A stretch of 20,000 bases of DNA. It comes from an uncultured virus (IMG/VR IMGVR_UViG_3300015615_000373). Its lineage: Duplodnaviria; Heunggongvirae; Uroviricota; Caudoviricetes. The stretch spans positions 49,065 through 69,064 of the IMG/VR virus record IMGVR_UViG_3300015615_000373. One strand, given 5' to 3'. Below, piece after piece: positions 1 through 7,441 of the stretch; within the stretch, counting starts at the first letter, position 1, and each line of letters starts with the position of its first letter. The position numbers and the translations under genes are program-made. The notes under the pieces are model-generated. The model was not told where the DNA came from and did no database searches. It worked only from the letters and a program-made list of their open reading frames with translations.

Positions 1-69
1 GTCGTCGGGGTAAACGTCGACAACTTCGAAATGGTCACAACAAGCACCGCAAGTTTGGCAATCGCTCAT
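1..69 (-). CDS. YkgJ-like CxxCxxCC cysteine-cluster protein, N-terminal part (runs off window)
   Basis: Hand translation MSDCQTCGACCDHFEVVDVYPDD; ATGA overlap with the stop of the 66..269 gene; not in ORF track. Confidence 0.7.
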   Translation of the reverse strand, partial: MSDCQTCGACCDHFEVVDVYPDD

Positions 70-269
70 AGCCCGTTACACTCCATTGGAAACGCCAACA
101 CAAAACAGTCGTTATGATACCGGACGGCGCTGTCATAGTCCCAATAGATTTGCCCGACCTTAATCGGGGAATGGCAACGGCGACAAAACTTCGATGTCGG
201 TCGGCGGGCTTGCCGCTTAATAAACGTCCGTTCTACCGGCTTGCCGTGCAAAAGAGTAGTTACTTTCAT
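66..269 (-). CDS. small Zn-binding hypothetical protein
   Basis: CRRC...HNDC ligand set; coupled to the downstream gene. Confidence 0.65.
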   Translation of the reverse strand: MKVTTLLHGKPVERTFIKRQARRPTSKFCRRCHSPIKVGQIYWDYDSAVRYHNDCFVLAFPMECNGL

Positions 270-307
270 AATTTGGAAGTGTCAAGGTCGCGTATCGCGG
301 CGGCAAT

Positions 308-568
308 TCATAAACCTTGTTCTTTTACTTGTGCTTTGAAAAAGTCTAAGACTTGGTCGTACATATTTTGTATTTCCGCGACGGCGGCGTCTTCGTCGTC
401 GGATATTTCGTCGCGCAAGGCAATTAACGCTTGTCCGAATCCGCCATAAAAAGCGCGTTTGGTTTCGATTCTTTGCGTTTCGTGCATCATATCTTCGCTT
501 ATTTTGCCGCGCTTCAAATATTGCTGATACTGATAATTGAGATTCAGCGTTTGGTTTTTATTTCTCAT
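308..568 (-). CDS. phage hypothetical protein
   Basis: Start moved to ATG 568 (SD GAGG, ATGA overlap with stop at 565); QRIETKRAFYGG resembles a common phage motif. Confidence 0.7.
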   Translation of the reverse strand: MRNKNQTLNLNYQYQQYLKRGKISEDMMHETQRIETKRAFYGGFGQALIALRDEISDDEDAAVAEIQNMYDQVLDFFKAQVKEQGL

Positions 569-849
569 CTGCATTTCCTCTTTGCGGGTTTCCGTTCCCG
601 ACGACAAACTGCTGTATAGAATCCCCGATGCGGGGAAGGTACGGGGTCTTGGATATAGTAAGGTTTTCCGGCGGCGTGGTCGGCGTTTAACGCGTCGACC
701 GACCGGAACTTACCGGCGGTATGGTCGAAGATGCGGTCGCCGGTAGCAATCATTCCTTTGTCGTCGATAACGAAGCCTTCGGGAACCATCGACCGGATAA
801 GATTTTGTACGCCGACCGGTTGCCGGTCTAGTTCGGTTTTGCGTTTCAT
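565..849 (-). CDS. hypothetical protein
   Basis: ATGA coupling at both ends. Confidence 0.65.
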   Translation of the reverse strand: MKRKTELDRQPVGVQNLIRSMVPEGFVIDDKGMIATGDRIFDHTAGKFRSVDALNADHAAGKPYYIQDPVPSPHRGFYTAVCRRERKPAKRKCR

Positions 850-1106
850 AAATCAAGTTGGTCGACCTTCGTGTTAAGGTCGGATTCGATAAGGGCAAGC
901 CAAGTCGCTATCGTATCGGTCGGAACGTCCTTGAACCGGCTGATTTGAATTTCCTGTCGGGCGCCGCCGGTCTGATATAAGCCGGTACGTCCGTCGCGGT
1001 CGCCGTACTCATAAGCAACAACGAAGAATTCGAAGTTGTCCATTCTTAGACGAACTTTGAAGAATCGAACTTTAAAGGGTTCGGGTTGCGGTTCGGGTCG
1101 TATCAT
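846..1106 (-). CDS. hypothetical protein ending in QLDL (possible beta-clamp motif)
   Basis: ATGA-coupled ORF; C-terminus VDQLDL. Confidence 0.7.
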   Translation of the reverse strand: MIRPEPQPEPFKVRFFKVRLRMDNFEFFVVAYEYGDRDGRTGLYQTGGARQEIQISRFKDVPTDTIATWLALIESDLNTKVDQLDL

Positions 1107-1465
1107 AATGTTTCACCTTTCAAAACAGTTCGGAACGCGTCGGTTAAGTAGCCGTCTTCGTCGAAGACTGTATCGGTGTCGTCGTCGCCTTCCGCCAAGA
1201 ATTCAAGCGGGTAGTTTGCCCGCGAATTGTAGGGTGTACAGAAGTCAATGCGTCGCCCGCCTTTGGTCGTCGTCGTAAAGACAAGATTGAAGACGGACAG
1301 CGAACCGTCGGCTTGCGATTGTTCGATGCGGAACCGGTCGCCGACCAACTCATATTCAAGTTCCGGCAATAAGCCGTCTTCGATTTTGAGAACCAAGACG
1401 CCAAGGCATTTCAGCAGTTTGGCTTCGTTGAATAGGTCGCGGGGCAGTACACGTTGGTAGGTCAT
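1103..1465 (-). CDS. conserved phage hypothetical protein
   Basis: N-terminal RVLPRDLFNEAKLLKCLG resembles a recurring phage family; coupled ORF. Confidence 0.75.
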   Translation of the reverse strand: MTYQRVLPRDLFNEAKLLKCLGVLVLKIEDGLLPELEYELVGDRFRIEQSQADGSLSVFNLVFTTTTKGGRRIDFCTPYNSRANYPLEFLAEGDDDTDTVFDEDGYLTDAFRTVLKGETL

Positions 1466-1806
1466 ACGGTCGCCCCTTGCCCGACGATGCGCGGCATACG
1501 CGTTGCCAAGCCGGTAACGTCCCGCAAGGTTTCGTGTAATCCGTCGCAGTAAACGTCGTGTCGGGCGGTAACGGTAACGTAGGCGACGCCGCCGGTCTTA
1601 CGTTTCGTGGTGATACGGGCAAATTCGATGTTGTAAAGGTCTTTACCCGTCAGTTGGATAAAGATGTAGTTGATGCCGTCGGCGGCAAGCCGGTTCGGTA
1701 AGTGGAACCCAAGCCCGTCGGAGTGTCCGACGAATCGCTTGGCGCCGGTTATGAAGGCGAACTTGTTACCGCCGAGTTGTTCGAAGATTGTGTTGGCGAT
1801 GTTCAT
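1462..1806 (-). CDS. conserved phage early-region hypothetical protein
   Basis: IANTIFEQLGGNKF..TGAK, DLY.IEF and DVYCD.L...TGL motifs typical of a widespread phage family; TAATG coupling. Confidence 0.8.
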   Translation of the reverse strand: MNIANTIFEQLGGNKFAFITGAKRFVGHSDGLGFHLPNRLAADGINYIFIQLTGKDLYNIEFARITTKRKTGGVAYVTVTARHDVYCDGLHETLRDVTGLATRMPRIVGQGATV

Positions 1807-1997
1807 TAGTTGCCCCCTTCGTCGCCGTCTTCGTCGGTCGCGGTTTCCTTTTCGAAGATGTCGAGAATATCATCTTGCGAACATTTGTAGATTTGTCCAA
1901 GTGCGGTCGCCGCCTTATAGAAGTCGTTCGGTCGGTCGCGGCGGACATCGGTTAAGTGTTTTACGATGTGATTGATTTCTGTAATTGTGCCTATCAT
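1806..1997 (-). CDS. hypothetical protein (63 aa)
   Basis: Start moved to ATG 1997, preceded by the conserved leader AAGGAAACGACA. Confidence 0.7.
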   Translation of the reverse strand: MIGTITEINHIVKHLTDVRRDRPNDFYKAATALGQIYKCSQDDILDIFEKETATDEDGDEGGN

Positions 1998-2046
1998 TGT
2001 CGTTTCCTTTTCAAAGTTTATTCGGTCGCGTTCCGACCGTATTCTT

Positions 2047-2085
2047 ACGGTAACTGATTTTGGAATAGATGTCAACTATTCAAAT
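2047..2085 (-). promoter_or_regulatory. sigma70 promoter with overlapping dyad operator
   Basis: TTGACA (2075-2070), 17 bp, TACCGT (2052-2047); GAATAG-N7-CTATTC dyad around the -35. Confidence 0.75.
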
Positions 2086-2088
2086 CGT

Positions 2089-2421
2089 TTAAGTGTCGGG
2101 CGCGTCCGACGGGTTCTTGATAACGGTCGGCTTGTAGCCGTACCGGACGCGGGCTTCGTTCCAAGCGGCGTCGGTCGGTTCGTCGATAATACCCGCCGCC
2201 GCCATAACTTTGTTTTGTAGGTCGCGGGCGCCGCGACAAAGATGTGCGGGTTTCCCCGTCCGCCGGTTAATCGCATTGGTCGCCGTCGAGTGACAGATTC
2301 GGCTTGCTTCCGTTACCGCTGACTTTGCCAAGTCGTCTGCGAGATAAGCATACGGGCTACCCGACCGGAACGGGCAAGTGCCGCACATCGTACGGCGAAG
2401 TGGCATATCAGGATTCTTCAT
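2089..2421 (-). CDS. Cys/His-rich protein (CxxCPF...CH...CxG, DUF6283-like)
   Basis: CGTCPFR, ICHST and HLCRG motifs. Confidence 0.65.
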   Translation of the reverse strand: MKNPDMPLRRTMCGTCPFRSGSPYAYLADDLAKSAVTEASRICHSTATNAINRRTGKPAHLCRGARDLQNKVMAAAGIIDEPTDAAWNEARVRYGYKPTVIKNPSDAPDT

Positions 2422-2722
2422 TGTTTCGTACCGGCAACATTATCCAAACATCATCGGGGTCGTCGTAGTGAACGACAGTTACGCCAAGCCGACGTATGCG
2501 GGCGGTGTAGTCGTATATTGCGTGTGCGGGGATACCGGTCATAGGGACGCCTTGCGGCGACCGCGTAAGCGTCCGGTCGAACGCCGCGCAGAACCGTTCC
2601 GCGTCTTCGCGAAATAACTCGTAGAAGTCGCCGTACCTAAAGAACGTGAATTGGTTCGGGTACTTCAATCGGTCGCGGTCGTAAATCGCAAGGGCTTGGT
2701 CAAGTTTCTCGAATCCCGCCAT
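2408..2722 (-). CDS. stand-alone MutS domain I (mismatch-recognition) protein
   Basis: KYPNQFTFFRYGDFYELFREDA...LT...VPMTGIPAHA..Y...GVTV matches MutS_I with GxFYE; no other MutS domains; start ATG 2722 after GGGGG. Confidence 0.85.
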   Translation of the reverse strand: MAGFEKLDQALAIYDRDRLKYPNQFTFFRYGDFYELFREDAERFCAAFDRTLTRSPQGVPMTGIPAHAIYDYTARIRRLGVTVVHYDDPDDVWIMLPVRNNEES

Positions 2723-2723
2723 A

Positions 2724-3011
2724 CTATTGAACCCCCAAACGGGCAATGCGGGCGCGTAGATTATTCCGGTCGTCGTCGTTAGTCGCCTGTTGGTGCAAAT
2801 CGTACAGTTGTAAAGCGTTCAGTGTTTCGATGTCCGGTACGTCGTATTCTTTGTAAACTGCAAACGGGGTCGCGACGGAATGTCCTTCGGCTAGTTCTCT
2901 ACGGGCAAGGTCGCCGTCTTTGAAGTATTGGTCAAGAACCCGTTGCAAGCGGGGTTCTTCTATTACTTCCATTACATTTTGAAATTTATCAGTTCGAGTG
3001 ATTATTCGCAT
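2724..3011 (-). CDS. hypothetical protein
   Basis: Start moved to ATG 3011 after leader AAGGAAACGACACT; directly downstream of a promoter. Confidence 0.75.
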   Translation of the reverse strand: MRIITRTDKFQNVMEVIEEPRLQRVLDQYFKDGDLARRELAEGHSVATPFAVYKEYDVPDIETLNALQLYDLHQQATNDDDRNNLRARIARLGVQ

Positions 3012-3061
3012 AGTGTCGTTTCCTTCCAAGTTAGATTTCCCCGAAATTCGAGGATAACAAC

Positions 3062-3100
3062 ATCGTAACACATTTTGGAAACGTTGTCAATTATTCCAAA
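3062..3100 (-). promoter_or_regulatory. sigma70 promoter (extended -10) with overlapping dyad operator
   Basis: TTGACA (3090-3085), 17 bp, TGtTACGAT; TTTGGAA-N13-TTCCAAA (3074-3100) encloses the -35. Confidence 0.85.
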
Positions 3101-3102
3101 TA

Positions 3103-3426
3103 TCAGGAATTGTGGTCGGGCGGAATAGCGGGCGGTAAATTCCAACTGTCGCGGTCGCCGCGTGTCGTCGGAAAGGCGACGCCGTTGGTCGGTACGTCGG
3201 CGGTTCGAAAGACGTTTCCGCAACGGTGGCACAAGTGCGATTTGTGCGGCGGGTTGTCCCAAGCCGGAACGAAGTCGTGTCCCAAGGCTAGACGTTCCAA
3301 GGCATCGGACAAAGGCTTCCAATTTTTCGCCAACAAATTCTTTTGTCGCCAATGATAAGACGGTGAGCGTCCTTCGATAGTGAACGCGTCGACGACGGTT
3401 TTAACTGTGTCAAGAAATTTTTTCAT
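3103..3426 (-). CDS. hypothetical protein with H..CxxC motif
   Basis: ORF overlapping the upstream gene; HDF...HLCHRC. Confidence 0.6.
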   Translation of the reverse strand: MKKFLDTVKTVVDAFTIEGRSPSYHWRQKNLLAKNWKPLSDALERLALGHDFVPAWDNPPHKSHLCHRCGNVFRTADVPTNGVAFPTTRGDRDSWNLPPAIPPDHNS

Positions 3427-3736
3427 AATTAAGGTTTGCCTTCATCAAGGCTTCGATTGTCCAAAAGTCCCGACCGGAACCGTCGGTGTATGGCGGCTTG
3501 CCTTCCATATAGCGAATCGCGTTTCCGGTTATCTCGTAATGTCCCCCTAGGCATCCGACCGGTCGAACGAAAACACATTCGAGCAGTTGGCGTAAGACGG
3601 TAAAGTTCGTTTTATTAAGTCCGTACCAAACCTGCAAGCCGTCACTTGCAAGGTCGTCTTCGTCGCGATTCTCATACAGCCACAACAAGACGACGCGGGC
3701 GGCGGGTGTCAAATCGGCGGGATTTCGGGCTTGCAT
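3410..3736 (-). CDS. hypothetical protein (possible winged-helix)
   Basis: ATG-initiated ORF immediately after repeat copy A. Confidence 0.65.
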   Translation of the reverse strand: MQARNPADLTPAARVVLLWLYENRDEDDLASDGLQVWYGLNKTNFTVLRQLLECVFVRPVGCLGGHYEITGNAIRYMEGKPPYTDGSGRDFWTIEALMKANLNYEKIS

Positions 3737-3746
3737 AGTGTTTTTG

Positions 3747-3949
3747 TCAAAACTCGTTAGCGGTCGTTATTTGGTAAACACGGCGTATATTCAAAAACCG
3801 AATACAGACGCCGCCGGTACTGTCTAAAAACGTGTCAAACGCGACGGTAGAACGGGTCGCACGGACGTTTGCGGGCGATTCTACCGCGTTTCGGGTTCTA
3901 CCCGATAGTTACCCGCCCGTCGCGGCGTTATGGCACGGTATTTGTCCGG
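3747..3949. repeat. 203-bp dispersed element, copy A
   Basis: Gap-free alignment to 15436-15638 at offset 11689, with conserved boxes and an identical terminal 19-mer TGGCACGGTATTTGTCCGG. Confidence 0.9.
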
Positions 3950-4059
3950 CGAATCCGACGGGCAAGATAACCGGATAAATGCCCGATAACCGACAAGGAG
4001 CCGCGAAAAAACCAAGCGACGACGGCTACCCGTTCGATTTGTTCGAGTGTTTCAATCAT
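3928..4059 (-). CDS. small hypothetical protein (43 aa), below ORF-track cutoff
   Basis: MIETLEQIERVAVVAWFFRGSLSVIGHLSGYLARRIRRTNTVP; ATGA overlap with stop at 4056. Confidence 0.45.
   Translation of the reverse strand: MIETLEQIERVAVVAWFFRGSLSVIGHLSGYLARRIRRTNTVP
3931..3945 (+). promoter_or_regulatory. sigma54-like -24/-12 box
   Basis: TGGCAC-GGTAT-TTGT versus consensus TGGCAC-N5-TTGC. Confidence 0.45.
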
Positions 4060-4358
4060 CCGTAGTTGCGGGTTATGTCCTTACCGCCGGTCGACGGTCG
4101 GGCTTTACCGTTGTCGTCGTACCGACCGCGAAGGGCGGCAAGGGCGCCGAGTAACAGCTTGACAGTCGTTACCGTTTGAACGCGTTGTTTGGTTCCGTCC
4201 GGCAAGTCGACCGAGAAAGTTATCATTGCCGCCGCCGCGCCGCTTTCCATTGCGCCGTCTTTGGTAACGATAGCGATGTCGCCGTGTTCCGGTAGCGAAC
4301 CTTTCAGCGCTCCATCGTACACAAGGTGATTGTTAAGTTTGATTTCGAATTTTTCCAT
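4056..4358 (-). CDS. hypothetical protein
   Basis: Start moved to ATG 4358 after AAGGA, just past the upstream stop. Confidence 0.7.
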   Translation of the reverse strand: MEKFEIKLNNHLVYDGALKGSLPEHGDIAIVTKDGAMESGAAAAMITFSVDLPDGTKQRVQTVTTVKLLLGALAALRGRYDDNGKARPSTGGKDITRNYG

Positions 4359-4362
4359 AGCT

Positions 4363-4749
4363 TTACAGTTCCTTCCAAGATTTGACGGGACGGTCGGCAA
4401 TTGAATTGCGGACAACCGACCATTCGAGCCGATGCCAAGTCGGTCGAATAAAAGGGGCGCGGACGGATTCGAACGTTACTACGTCGAACGTTTCTTCGTC
4501 GTCTTCATACGGGTAATGTTCAATGAATGTCGTCGATGCTACATTCAGATTGAACTTGCGGATTGCCCGTTCGCAAACGTGTTCTATGCCGTTCGTAACC
4601 GACATACCGGTATTGTCGATAGGTTCCGTCAACATAACGATTTTGCGACCGATAAAAACAAGGTCGTCGAATACTTGAACGCGTGTCTTCGCTTCGACGC
4701 GTCCGGTCGCCGGTGTCCACTTGATAACTTCGTCGTGCAGTTTAGCCAT
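4363..4749 (-). CDS. conserved hypothetical protein
   Basis: TE..DNTGMSVTNGIE...FIEHYP pattern recurs in phage hypotheticals. Confidence 0.75.
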   Translation of the reverse strand: MAKLHDEVIKWTPATGRVEAKTRVQVFDDLVFIGRKIVMLTEPIDNTGMSVTNGIEHVCERAIRKFNLNVASTTFIEHYPYEDDEETFDVVTFESVRAPFIRPTWHRLEWSVVRNSIADRPVKSWKEL

Positions 4750-4831
4750 TACTTCAATTTGTCCGGTCGTATCATCATTACGACTCCAATCTGTCTAAAA
4801 AAAACGTCCGTTTAAATTCGTCAAAAACTGT

Positions 4832-5182
4832 CTAACTTGCCACCTTTGCAGATAGTTCGGGCTTGTCGGAACAATTGCCTTTATGATGCCAAGCTAACGG
4901 GTTATTAACGCAGTCGCCTTTCAGCCAAAGCAGACATCCACAACTCGGACATCGGCGGGCACTGCGATAGTCTTCTGGTTCCATTTCGTTATCGGTCGCC
5001 ATTGACAATTCGTTAAACCACTTCGCAATCTCTGTGTAACCACCACCAATCGCCTCCGTCTTGAGTCGGAACTCGGATTGCAGATACTGTCCGTGTGTTT
5101 CGCGAATATGTCTTCGTAGGGCGGCGTCGGTCGCGTAACCGGCGCCCGAAGTTCCGTTCGGGCATATCAAACAATAAAACAT
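4832..5182 (-). CDS. C2H2/Zn-ribbon protein
   Basis: CLIC...LRRHIRETH and CPSC; start ATG 5182 after AGAGGA, TAATG overlap. Confidence 0.7.
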   Translation of the reverse strand: MFYCLICPNGTSGAGYATDAALRRHIRETHGQYLQSEFRLKTEAIGGGYTEIAKWFNELSMATDNEMEPEDYRSARRCPSCGCLLWLKGDCVNNPLAWHHKGNCSDKPELSAKVAS

Positions 5183-5541
5183 TATAGTTTCCTCTCTTGT
5201 CGTTCGTTCCAATAAGGGTCATAGCAGAAGTGAGCGCAATACCAAAGTGTCTTTTCGATATTGCTTATGAAGGTTTCCGCCGTCCGCGCCGCCGTCGGGA
5301 ACTTACGCAGTATCGCGGTCGATTCCGGCGTAACGGGGAAGTACAGGTCGGACGCGTGGCTATCGGTCGGGATTCCCGCCGCGATTATGGCTTGATACAG
5401 CGACGTAGGCGGCGTTTCCGGCTTCGCGGGCGGGGTTATATGGCAATCACAGGAACAGCGATTCTTATCGCCTTTATAATTGAATTCGCCGGAACATTCA
5501 GCGTGTTCTCCAAGCTGACAAGCAATAAACTCTGTCGTCAT
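5182..5541 (-). CDS. phage hypothetical protein
   Basis: Start ATG 5541 (ATGA overlap); Cys/His N-terminus plus DSHASDLY...WY...YDPYW domain seen in phage early regions. Confidence 0.7.
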   Translation of the reverse strand: MTTEFIACQLGEHAECSGEFNYKGDKNRCSCDCHITPPAKPETPPTSLYQAIIAAGIPTDSHASDLYFPVTPESTAILRKFPTAARTAETFISNIEKTLWYCAHFCYDPYWNERQERKL

Positions 5542-6110
5542 ACAGTTACCCCCGTATCCGCCGCTTCCAATAAGTTTGTCATTACCCGTTGCCAACGTCC
5601 GGCGGCGGCGTCCCAAGTTTTCGCCCTATCCGCCGCGTCCGGTACGTCGACCATTGCCGCGAAGTCGTTCTGCATATCGCGGGCGGCGTGATAGTTCGTA
5701 CTGACAACGTTCAAGATTCGATAGATGTTTGTTTCAGGGTCGGCGGCGACCGTCTTACAGAAGTCGCGGGTAAAGAGTTTTTCCGCTTTCCCCGAAGACG
5801 CCAAGCCGTCGGCGATTGTCGCCCGTATGTCGTCCATTATACCGAACCCCCTTTGCAAGTGATTCGCGACGCGTTGGCACCGGAAGGTTTGGTCAGGTGA
5901 CAAGTCGTTGCAAAGACCGGCGACCGGCGCGGGCGGCTTCTGCAATTCGACCGCGATAGCATTGTAGATGATTTCGAGTTCGTCGACCGTGAAAGTATTG
6001 GTAACCCAAGAATTCCCGTTCCTAGTAAATGATAGGTCGCGCGAATCGGTTTTGTTCAGGTCGGCGAATCTGTCCGGCGTGATTTTGATTTCGAATGTTG
6101 GTTTTGTCAT
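5538..6110 (-). CDS. hypothetical protein
   Basis: Conserved leader AAGGAAACGACAATG and upstream promoter. Confidence 0.8.
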   Translation of the reverse strand: MTKPTFEIKITPDRFADLNKTDSRDLSFTRNGNSWVTNTFTVDELEIIYNAIAVELQKPPAPVAGLCNDLSPDQTFRCQRVANHLQRGFGIMDDIRATIADGLASSGKAEKLFTRDFCKTVAADPETNIYRILNVVSTNYHAARDMQNDFAAMVDVPDAADRAKTWDAAAGRWQRVMTNLLEAADTGVTV

Positions 6111-6153
6111 TGTCGTTTCCTTATCAATTTATTCCGTCGATTCCGACGGTATC

Positions 6154-6882
6154 CTAACTAAAACATATTTTGGAAACGTTGTCAACTATTCCAATATCAC
6201 TTTTTCTTGTTCCGGTTAGTATCAAGAATAATCCCGCGTCGGGTCGGACGCGTCCGACGGTCGCCGCTTCCAAGTCGAAGTACCACTTGTACGGGAACCG
6301 GTCGGCGGCAAAGTTGATACCGACGACGCGTAGGTCTTCGAAGTACGGGCTATACAGGCGTAGCAATTCCGCCTTGGTCGCGAACGTAGTCGGAACGTTC
6401 GTCGTAAAGTCCGACCGGTTCGGACAGTACCGGCGACCGAAGAATTGCAGAAAGAGAACGCCTTCGGGTTTCAGCCAACTTGCAAACAGTTCCGGCAAAC
6501 GTTCCGCGCCGTCGATAACGTACGACATTGAAGCGAACGTCGATATGACGGCGGCGACGCGGCGGGCGGGTTCGTATTCCAAAACGTCCGACCGTTCGAA
6601 CCGGTAATCGGGGAACTTTCCCTTCGCTACTTTCAACATCGTTTCGGATATGTCGACGCCGATGTATTCGTTTGCCGGTATCTCAAGGTTTTCAAGTACC
6701 AAGCCGGTTCCGCAACCGACATCGACAATGTTTCCGCCGAACGGTCGCCATTCAAGGGCGTCCGCCAAGTACCGGAACGTCCAATCGTTTTCGATGATGT
6801 CTATTGGTCGCAAGAATTCGTCGTCGTAAGTTTCGCCAAGCCGGTCGTAGACTTCGATTATCTGTTCGGTCGCATTATTCAT
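6154..6882 (-). CDS. class I SAM-dependent methyltransferase
   Basis: IVDVGCGTG motif I, YIGVDISETML motif II, WLKPEG; start ATG 6882 after GAAGGTGG. Confidence 0.9.
   Translation of the reverse strand: MNNATEQIIEVYDRLGETYDDEFLRPIDIIENDWTFRYLADALEWRPFGGNIVDVGCGTGLVLENLEIPANEYIGVDISETMLKVAKGKFPDYRFERSDVLEYEPARRVAAVISTFASMSYVIDGAERLPELFASWLKPEGVLFLQFFGRRYCPNRSDFTTNVPTTFATKAELLRLYSPYFEDLRVVGINFAADRFPYKWYFDLEAATVGRVRPDAGLFLILTGTRKSDIGIVDNVSKICFS
6157..6195 (-). promoter_or_regulatory. sigma70 promoter with overlapping dyad operator
   Basis: TTGACA (6185-6180), 17 bp, TGtTTTAGT; near-identical to the 3062-3100 copy; lies inside the 3' end of the methyltransferase ORF. Confidence 0.75.
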
Positions 6883-7441
6883 TGTTACCACCTTCGTACA
6901 GTTGTTTTTCAAGATTGCCAAGCGGTCGGGCGTTCGGTCGTTCGTAGCCTATCGGTATAGTGAACCGGCGACCGCGATAAACGGGCATAACTTCGTGAGC
7001 GGATACGTTCGCTTCGAATATAACGCACAGACCGGCGACCGGCTTAATCTTACACCCGTTGACCACAAGTTCCCCGCCGTCGTAGTCGTCGTTCCAAAAG
7101 ACAACGGCGGTAACTTCGTTCGGGTCGTAGTGCAATTCGTACCGATGCCCTTCGTCGAGTATGTTGACGTTGACCGCCGACGCCTTACTTTTCATAAGCC
7201 GAATGTCGTCGCCGAATTGTTCCTGAACAATGAATTTCAGGCGTTCCGCAAGTTTCCACAGTTCCGGCAAATGTTCTTCGGTTTGGAACCCGTTCAAGAC
7301 GCGATAGTCGACGCCCGCCGTTTCTTCACCTTCGACAGAACCTTCCGTTTTACCCTTCCAGACAACCGGCGTTGCCAAGTTCCAAAGCCGGTCTTTGTCA
7401 AGAACCGGCAAGTCGACGTTGATTGTAATTATGTTTTTCAT
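6875..7441 (-). CDS. 2OG-Fe(II) oxygenase (prolyl-4-hydroxylase-like)
   Basis: HYD, DYDGGEL, KP.AG..VIF, H.V.PV..G.R (HxD...H...R). Confidence 0.9.
   Translation of the reverse strand: MKNIITINVDLPVLDKDRLWNLATPVVWKGKTEGSVEGEETAGVDYRVLNGFQTEEHLPELWKLAERLKFIVQEQFGDDIRLMKSKASAVNVNILDEGHRYELHYDPNEVTAVVFWNDDYDGGELVVNGCKIKPVAGLCVIFEANVSAHEVMPVYRGRRFTIPIGYERPNARPLGNLEKQLYEGGNNE

Noticed and set aside
272..286. TTTGGAA next to a minus-strand TTGACA, as a further operator/promoter copy
   Set aside because: Spacing differs from the other copies, the second half-site is missing, and a -10 would fall inside the downstream gene.
4791..4831. CTGTCTAAAAA...CGTCAAAAAC resembling part of the 203-bp element
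   Set aside because: Only about 11 bp match, to copy A alone; the conserved boxes and spacing are absent.
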